64,000 bases of DNA. Source: Candidatus Altimarinota bacterium. Lineage in GTDB: Bacteria > Patescibacteriota > Gracilibacteria > CAIRYL01. A model generated the notes under the pieces. The model ran no database searches and had not been told where the DNA came from. It saw only the letters and a list, made by a program, of their open reading frames with translations. Positions 57,319-64,000 of the stretch are shown piece after piece. Location of the stretch: the NCBI GenBank assembly GCA_965250085.1, contig OZ252287.1:1248001-1312000 (forward strand), written 5' to 3'. The translations under genes and the position numbers were made by a program. Numbering within the stretch: position 1 is the first letter of the stretch; each line of letters begins with the position of its first letter.

Positions 57319-59712
57319 TTAATATCCCTTATTCTCAATCAGTTTCTCCAATACTTCTCTTGGGAACATTGGTTTCTTTTCTGCAAGTCCTTGGTGAAAG
57401 AGGACCGTCGACGGAGTGAGTGCGGGGAGCGTATTGGCTTCGATCACAATAATATTTCCAGTATCTATTTGAAGAAAAGCATCAATACGGGCGTAGCCAC
57501 GAATACCCAGTTTTTTAGCGACGAGTTCAATAGATTGTTTTGCTCTTTTTAGAACCTTTGGTTTCACGATTTCCGGAGGTGGGGGAGTAATATTGATTCC
57601 AGTGCCACCTTGGAATTTTTCTTCAACACTGAGCACCTCACCTTCGGCGACGGTAACACTGGGATTCAGTGCGCGCATCTTTTCTTTTTCTTCGAGAACT
57701 CCTGTAGTGATCTCTATCCATCCTGTTTTTTTACGAAAACTGATCCTTTTGCCCCACATACGGAGTGAATCCGTAACGACAAATGCTTCAAACATCAGAT
57801 TTTTAATTTCCCCCAAGGGCATCTCAATGGGAGTTGCTTGATGCAAAAATGTTTCCGGAGGGATACTGGGCATATTTTTTTTTGCAATGAATATATATTT
57901 CTCAAGATCATCTGGTGAAAAAAGTCGCACAATGCCAGATGAACATCCTTCATCTTGAGGCTTCACAATAACCGTCTTCGTCTCAAAATCTGTTGTCATA
58001 TGATCCCAGAACCTCCGTATTGCATCCTTTTTCATCCTTCCTAATAGTTGCAACTTCATTACCTGTTTCGGAGCGGTGAAAATGCCTTGTTTTTTGAGGC
58101 CACTCAATTTCTTCCCTGTTGCAAATTTGTCCATACAAAGTTTAGATGCTTTTGCATCAGATCCGTTGTATTTTATTTTTTTCTGAGAAAGCATTTTTTG
58201 CAATGTCCCATTTTCCCCAATACCACCATGAAGCCCCAAAAAGAGGAACTTTGGTTTTCTATTCAAAAACTTCCGAAGAGATATTTTTTGCGGAACAAAA
58301 AATGGTTCTGACGATTGCCCTTCTTCAAGGGCAAGACGGAGCCGCACTTTTTCTACCAGAAAATGAAGCCGGCTTTCATTCTCTCGTGCAGTGTGACAAT
58401 TCTCTTCTATTTCTTCCACTGTGTGATTGAGCGTAAAAGCATAGGGGAGATGCCATACGTTATGGTTCAGATCAAGAAGATATGGCTCGGGATGATATGC
58501 ACTTGATTCTCGAAGCTTGAGCCATACATTTGTTCCGCTCATAAGAGAAACTTGTCGCTCTGAAGTCTTTCCGCCAAAGAGGACGGGAATTGGCTTTTTA
58601 TTCTTTTTTACCCCCTCTAACTCCCCCTGAAAGGGGGAGGATATGTTGTATCTCCGACATGCATTTCTGACGACAAACTTCAGGAGATCTCGATGACTCA
58701 TGCCAATACGTGCCGATTGCTGAAAGAGAAAGCTGTTTTGTTCCATACCACTGACGGGATTGAAATCCGGAAACCAAATATTTCCATCCTTCATGAGCCA
58801 TCCGTCGAAACGTGCAAAGTCCCGCATTCCCAAAATTGTAAAAAGTTGCTCAGCCTGTACTTGAATCCGTTCTACTATTTCATTTGAAAATCGTGGAGGG
58901 CAATGATATTTCACATGATTTGTCGGCAGATATTTCTTCCGATAGTCAAGGATATGATGTTTTTCTTTGAGTTCTTTTTGTTTTTGAAACATTTCTATTT
59001 CCGTGGGCAATATAGCCACTGGCATTCCAAATCTGTTTTGCAGGATGATCACTGTAAATTCTGTTCCTTCACAGAAAGGCTCTATTACAACTCTGGTATC
59101 AATGCGCTTGGAAAATAAATAATCTACTTTCTCAAGTGCTTCTTGTACACTTGTTACGGCAAACACTCCTATACTTGAGCCACCGGAAGCAGGCTTAATA
59201 ATTGCTTTTTTTAGATGATGATTTTTAAAAAACTTCGTAAGTATTTTTTTATGATCTTTATGATATATTTTCAAAACCTCTGAAGGAAGTGTGTAGAATC
59301 CCTGATCTCGAATATATTCATTAGCAATGTATTTATCAAAAGCACGCTTACATGATGCAGCATTGGATCCGATGTATGGAATACGATGGCGTTCCAAAAA
59401 TCTTTGGAGTTCTCCATCTTCTCCAAATGGTCCATGAATAACGGGAAAGGTAATGTCCGTAGACCTTAGGAGTTCCACAAGTTGTCTCTGAGACAACGGC
59501 TTCGCTGTCTGGCTGAGTTTAAAGTCAAAATCAGAGGGTGTATTGGAATACAGTGCAGAAGGAGAGATATGATATGACCTTTTTTTCTGATCAAAATACA
59601 CGGGAATAATTTCAACTCCATCTCCTTTGAGGTGATCAAGTACTGATCGTGCAGAATTGAGAGAGATGCCACGCTCGAGGGATGGGCCACCAGAGAGGAG
59701 TGCTATGCGCAT
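57319..59712 (-). CDS. ddl: Double-domain D-alanine--D-alanine ligase family protein
   Basis: Two ATP-grasp units: GGPSLERGIS..HGPFGEDG..ARFD and GGKTSERQVS..HGGIGENG..ARID..EANTLP. Confidence 0.85.
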   Translation of the reverse strand: MRIALLSGGPSLERGISLNSARSVLDHLKGDGVEIIPVYFDQKKRSYHISPSALYSNTPSDFDFKLSQTAKPLSQRQLVELLRSTDITFPVIHGPFGEDGELQRFLERHRIPYIGSNAASCKRAFDKYIANEYIRDQGFYTLPSEVLKIYHKDHKKILTKFFKNHHLKKAIIKPASGGSSIGVFAVTSVQEALEKVDYLFSKRIDTRVVIEPFCEGTEFTVIILQNRFGMPVAILPTEIEMFQKQKELKEKHHILDYRKKYLPTNHVKYHCPPRFSNEIVERIQVQAEQLFTILGMRDFARFDGWLMKDGNIWFPDFNPVSGMEQNSFLFQQSARIGMSHRDLLKFVVRNACRRYNISSPFQGELEGVKKNKKPIPVLFGGKTSERQVSLMSGTNVWLKLRESSAYHPEPYLLDLNHNVWHLPYAFTLNHTVEEIEENCHTARENESRLHFLVEKVRLRLALEEGQSSEPFFVPQKISLRKFLNRKPKFLFLGLHGGIGENGTLQKMLSQKKIKYNGSDAKASKLCMDKFATGKKLSGLKKQGIFTAPKQVMKLQLLGRMKKDAIRRFWDHMTTDFETKTVIVKPQDEGCSSGIVRLFSPDDLEKYIFIAKKNMPSIPPETFLHQATPIEMPLGEIKNLMFEAFVVTDSLRMWGKRISFRKKTGWIEITTGVLEEKEKMRALNPSVTVAEGEVLSVEEKFQGGTGINITPPPPEIVKPKVLKRAKQSIELVAKKLGIRGYARIDAFLQIDTGNIIVIEANTLPALTPSTVLFHQGLAEKKPMFPREVLEKLIENKGY

Positions 59713-60017
59713 AAAAATTAAGTAATAAGTGGCAAGTAAACAAGTAGGAATTACGAATGAAGCCTGTCCGCCTTTTTTCGGCATGGTCTGTGGCGGAAAT
59801 TACGGATAAAAAAATAAAATGGATTTTAAATTGCTAACGGCTACAGGCTAAGAGCTAACAGCTCTTAAATCAATATTTTTGCAAAGAGTTTGTATGCTCA
59901 AAATATCGTTTCTATTAAACTATAGAAGGATATCCTTCGCAAGAAAAATGTACGTTTTTTAGATTTTTTGCAAAAATTTATTTTTTATAAAAAAATACAC
60001 AACTCTGTCTTTTTCTC

Positions 60018-60142
60018 AAAATCCCCCTCAATCCCCCTTTTGCAAAGGGGGAGGAAAACTCTACAAATTTCCCTTCTTGCAAAGGAAGAAGAAATCTCTA
60101 TGAGAATCCCCCTCTTTTAAAAAGAGGGGACAGGGGAGATTT
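60018..60142. repeat. Intergenic triple-hairpin CCCC/GGGG repeat
   Basis: tccccctcaatcccccttttgcaaagggggagg ... tccccctcttttaaaaagaggggacaggggagattt. Confidence 0.8.
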
Positions 60143-60156
60143 GTTATATAGACAAA

Positions 60157-62703
60157 TTACTTCATCCAATCTGGCAGATCTTCTTCAGAAGATTCTGTAT
60201 TATGACGGGGAGGGTCTTCTGTGTTAGATTGTTCACTTGCGATATCGGCAGGTTTGTCTTGAGAGGATTCAGAAACAAATTCTGACTCTGATGCTTCCTG
60301 CGCTGAAGCGTGAATATCTTCTTTTAGCCAGTCGGGCATATCATCTTCTGCGATAGGATAACTTTCAGTTGTGATATTTTGAGGCTCAATTTCTGTTTTT
60401 GCTTCTCCTTCTCCCGCAGATTCTGACAAAGCCTGTCCTGAAGATTTTTTAGAGACAGAAGCTTCTACTCGCGTTTCTTGCAGCCAGTCTGGAACAGGTG
60501 TCGATTCATCCTGCAGAGCAATCTGAGCACTTTGAACTCCTTTTTTAGAAGAGGTGGAAGAATCTTTTTCAAGTTCCTGTCCTTCGGTCTTGAGCCATGT
60601 TGGAGATGGAGATTCATCTTGAACCGTTGAGGCAGTATTCTGGGTACTTTCTTTTTTCGGAGTAGAAGGGACGTCTTCTGTTACTATTTCTGCGGTAGCA
60701 ACTTGCGCTGAAGAAGATTCTGGAACAGGTGCAGCAGATGTTTCAATTTGAGTCACCTGTGCTATCTCGGCATGTTTTTTGTGACGAATACGATCGAAAT
60801 CTTCTAAGACAATTTCTTCAAAAGAAAGATCTGGGTACCGAATTTTTCGAAAGATAAGATAGAAAGCCAGAAGAAGAAGAGGAATACCCAGCAGAAGTAT
60901 GAGGGTCCACCAGAGCCAACCAAGTTTTTTCTTCTCTTTTGCTTCTCCACTTACTTGATCGGAATCTTGTGCAGAATCTTTATCACTTGCGACTTTCTCT
61001 TTGCCACTCTCTTCAGAAGAAGTATCTCCATCGCTACTTTTTGCATCATCAGGCACACTTCCAGGAGCAACAGACGAGATGGCGATATTTTCTGCGGTGG
61101 TAGTACTTCGTCCCACAGCATCTGTCACGGTGAGGATAGTTGTGTACGTTTGAGCTTGGGCATATATGTGCTCAGGATTGACTTCAGAACTCGTTTTCCC
61201 ATCCCCAAAATCCCAAGAGTATGAGAGATCGGTATTCAGCAGTCGATTATCAGCAAATGATTCATCTCCAAATGAAACGGTATTGGTGTTTACAGAGGAA
61301 GAAAACTGCGCTGTAGGAGGAGAGGTCATAATCTCTCGTTCTCTACTAGAGAGCACCGTGATTATTTTTTCTACTTCTGCAATCACTTCCCCGTCTTTGT
61401 GAGCAGTTATTTTGACGGGAAAGATACCGTCATTATTATATTGATACGTATTTCGTGTGCGAATACCTTCATATTCGGACACTCCATCACCATCAAAATC
61501 CCAAGTAATCTGAGCACCTTCAGGGAGTCCAAGAGCCATAAAATCTACACTTTCTCCGGCAAATATTTCCTGCTGACTTATCACCAATTTTTGAGGAAGA
61601 GCAGGAAAAATAGCACCTGATTCTTCATTTTCTTTTGCCAAAACAGTGTCAAAGATTATTTTTCTCTGTACTTTACTTCCTTTGTTTTGATCATTCACCA
61701 CCAGAAGTTCTATGACGACCTCTCCCCACTCTTTTTTAAAATTGGTCGTCCATGATGAGCCGGTACGGAACGAATTGTGTTCTCGATTATCAATGTCGTT
61801 GTCTGGAGTGCCATCTGCATTGGTGTCAAAAAGTGCATTTTTGTCTATGCGGTATTCCACAATATTTCCTTCTGAATTTCCGGCAAAAAATGTGACATTC
61901 CCTTCTTTTCCGGGAAGATAGATGAGTCCATCTTCATTGGCACGGGGAAGCGAGTTCAGTACAGCTTTGAGAGGAAGTGATTTTTGAGCGGTGACACCTG
62001 TTTGGTCAAAAGAGATATCAAGTGTTTTGGATTCTGTCTCTCCAGTAGGATATTTGACGGTAATTTGTGCAGTGCGATTTGGCTTGGATGGATCGTAGGT
62101 ATGACTCCAAGCACTTCCGGTAAAAAACGAGGAATGGGAAGCATTTTCTTTGTCGTTATCAGCAATACCATCTCCATCAGCATCTTCAGTAATATCTGTA
62201 TCAATCCAGTATTCCGAAGGATTTCCACTAGCGTTACCTGGAAAAAATGTGACTTCTGGAGAAGCGGGATCAACGACAAGCACTCCCTCACTATTAAGAG
62301 GTGGAAGAGTCGTAAAAGAAACCTGCTTATCTTCAAAATTTGGATTTAAAATATCTGCTTTTACAAGAGTTATGGTTGTTTGAGTAGCGCCTGATTCGGG
62401 ATCGGTCATGAGGAGGCGCACTTCATACTCTCCCGGTTCCGTAAAGACATGTTCAAATGTTTTTGCACTGGAATTGGTAACACCACTTTCTCCCTGAGGA
62501 ATAATTTCTTCTCCTTTTTTAAGGATCCAGGAATAGTCTACTTTCCCACTCACATTTGATGGCTGAAGATTCAGAGTTTCTCCTATTTTGACATGAACGA
62601 CTCCACTGGCGAGTGTAGTTGAAAGGAGAAAACAAAAAAGAGAAAGAACAACTACAGAGAGAGCTATAAAACTTTGCCAAAGATTTTTAATAAATACAAT
62701 CAT
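60157..62703 (-). CDS. PKD-domain surface protein with TM helix and acidic PDWL-repeat tail
   Basis: Signal peptide; WDFDGDG, WDFGDG, DxDGDG motifs; TM WLWWTLILLLG. Confidence 0.85.
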   Translation of the reverse strand: MIVFIKNLWQSFIALSVVVLSLFCFLLSTTLASGVVHVKIGETLNLQPSNVSGKVDYSWILKKGEEIIPQGESGVTNSSAKTFEHVFTEPGEYEVRLLMTDPESGATQTTITLVKADILNPNFEDKQVSFTTLPPLNSEGVLVVDPASPEVTFFPGNASGNPSEYWIDTDITEDADGDGIADNDKENASHSSFFTGSAWSHTYDPSKPNRTAQITVKYPTGETESKTLDISFDQTGVTAQKSLPLKAVLNSLPRANEDGLIYLPGKEGNVTFFAGNSEGNIVEYRIDKNALFDTNADGTPDNDIDNREHNSFRTGSSWTTNFKKEWGEVVIELLVVNDQNKGSKVQRKIIFDTVLAKENEESGAIFPALPQKLVISQQEIFAGESVDFMALGLPEGAQITWDFDGDGVSEYEGIRTRNTYQYNNDGIFPVKITAHKDGEVIAEVEKIITVLSSREREIMTSPPTAQFSSSVNTNTVSFGDESFADNRLLNTDLSYSWDFGDGKTSSEVNPEHIYAQAQTYTTILTVTDAVGRSTTTAENIAISSVAPGSVPDDAKSSDGDTSSEESGKEKVASDKDSAQDSDQVSGEAKEKKKLGWLWWTLILLLGIPLLLLAFYLIFRKIRYPDLSFEEIVLEDFDRIRHKKHAEIAQVTQIETSAAPVPESSSAQVATAEIVTEDVPSTPKKESTQNTASTVQDESPSPTWLKTEGQELEKDSSTSSKKGVQSAQIALQDESTPVPDWLQETRVEASVSKKSSGQALSESAGEGEAKTEIEPQNITTESYPIAEDDMPDWLKEDIHASAQEASESEFVSESSQDKPADIASEQSNTEDPPRHNTESSEEDLPDWMK

Positions 62704-62999
62704 GATGTGGGGTTCAGTATTCGATTTAAATCAGTACGAATTTCTCTAGCTCCTTCAGTCACAGTCGAATCATCCATTTCCTCAATTATTTGTAGGAGTC
62801 TCTCCATTTCTTTTCTTTGTAAGAAAGAGCCTGAAGACCAAAATTTTGCAACAAGACTTCTTGCTTCTTCATTATTTGGAAATGCTAAAGTGGCTTCAAA
62901 TTCAGTCGTTTTCGAGATATTTCTGAAGTTAGCTCCTCGGTCACCATGGAGCTTGTGACCATTTAACCTTTTCCGTGATCGAGTTCTTATTCGTGACAT
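62700..62999 (-). CDS. Hypothetical protein
   Basis: 99-aa ORF tightly coupled to both neighbours. Confidence 0.5.
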   Translation of the reverse strand: MSRIRTRSRKRLNGHKLHGDRGANFRNISKTTEFEATLAFPNNEEARSLVAKFWSSGSFLQRKEMERLLQIIEEMDDSTVTEGAREIRTDLNRILNPTS

Positions 63000-63000
63000 A

Positions 63001-64000
63001 TTACTCTATAAAAAGTGAAATAATTTCAGATATATCTCCGGAGACAGTATCTTTAGCAGTTGCTTCTATGACGACTCTTCCTTTTCCGAGTCCGGTAATT
63101 TCAGTAAAGGCTTCTCCCAGAAGAGACTCACTCATCTTTTTGCTGAGCTGAGCATTTCCGGAAATAATTTTGAATTCTACAGTTCCTTGAAACAGAGTAT
63201 TATTCGCGTTTTTCACAAAAGCGAGCAGTCGTGTACTTTCTCCAGCAGGAATGACGCCTCGTGCACAAACAAGATCCAAGGTGGTCATTGGATGGCTCGA
63301 TTTCATACGAACAGACTCTACAATACCGGCAAAGAGGCCAGCATTTCCAGAAGATGATACTCCTGTAGCAGATCCAATGCCTGAATTTCCTCCACCAAAT
63401 CCAAATCGGCTTCCGCTTCCGGAAAGGAGCTTCCCACTTTCGAGTACTGGCACATCGCGAGTGACTGTGTCTTGTACTCCCAAACGATCAGTAATAGTAA
63501 GCTTAATTGATCGTTTCCCAAGTTCTTCATAAAAGTGAGAAAAACTTTCACTGGTTTCATCTGTGTCATTTTTACTATCACCATCACCATCAGAATCTAT
63601 CTGGAGATCTAAGTCCCATTCATATGACACTGTGTTATTGGGAACAGAATCGTCTACTTCTGAAGTACTGGCATCAAACTGCACATTGTGTCCCTGGAGT
63701 TGATACAGAAATGCCGCCTTGGGGAGTTCGTGTTTTCTCGCAACAAATACGCTCTTACTCTTACTAGAAGCCAGTCCTCTGTATACGACTTTGAGCCGTG
63801 GGTTATATTCACCAGGTTCGTCATATCGAAAAATTGCCTGAGGTCCAGTACCGATCGCATCAAAGACATTATCGCCATCAAAATCCCACATATAGGCTGA
63901 ATCAGGAATCGTATCTCCAAATGGATCTTCTGCGGTCGCAAAAAAAGTAATAGTGTCTCCTTCGTCCACTGTGGCTTTTTCCATCTCAAAATCTACAAGA
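63001..64000 (-). CDS. PKD-domain protein (C-terminal part; start outside the window)
   Basis: WDFDGD, YDEPGEY, FDASTS, WDLDLQIDSDGDG; Ig-like C-terminus. Confidence 0.85.
   Translation of the reverse strand, partial: LVDFEMEKATVDEGDTITFFATAEDPFGDTIPDSAYMWDFDGDNVFDAIGTGPQAIFRYDEPGEYNPRLKVVYRGLASSKSKSVFVARKHELPKAAFLYQLQGHNVQFDASTSEVDDSVPNNTVSYEWDLDLQIDSDGDGDSKNDTDETSESFSHFYEELGKRSIKLTITDRLGVQDTVTRDVPVLESGKLLSGSGSRFGFGGGNSGIGSATGVSSSGNAGLFAGIVESVRMKSSHPMTTLDLVCARGVIPAGESTRLLAFVKNANNTLFQGTVEFKIISGNAQLSKKMSESLLGEAFTEITGLGKGRVVIEATAKDTVSGDISEIISLFIE

Noticed and set aside
1-64000. Genetic code 25 (TGA=Gly) as in Gracilibacteria
   Set aside because: Long conserved genes are full length under code 11 and several end at TGA abutting the next gene

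Overview
AT-rich bacterial chromosome segment using genetic code 11. Gene content resembles Patescibacteria/CPR, possibly Peregrinibacteria-like; this is inferred from a lone VirD4-like ATPase next to PrsW, PKD surface proteins, a double-domain Ddl and heptamer-flanked four-helix-bundle remnants. Housekeeping flanks contain xth, queG, purN, a class B PBP, dut, rsmF and murB on the left, and dipZ, rny, secA and ddl on the right, plus three tRNAs (Ser-TGA, Pro-GGG, Asp-GTC). Between them is a ~27 kb accessory island running from the tRNA-Asp 3' end (20575) to a large serine recombinase and tRNA-3'-like att sites (~47500-47634). The island carries a capsid-less terminase/ParB-methyltransferase module, a promoter-fronted structured RNA, and an operon encoding a transglutaminase-vWA protein, a MoxR AAA+ ATPase and a five-repeat protein. 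It also carries a TPR plus Cys-His-Asp protein, an IS256-like element, two radical SAM enzymes, an ATP-grasp ligase and pnuC-nadR. Other notable structure includes two near-identical IS1595/IS1016-type copies, a ~115 bp unit ending in pseudo-tRNA ends found both behind tRNA-Ser and at the island end, and several palindromic repeat families inserted in-frame inside rsmF and ddl. All calls come from reading motifs by eye; no database search was run.
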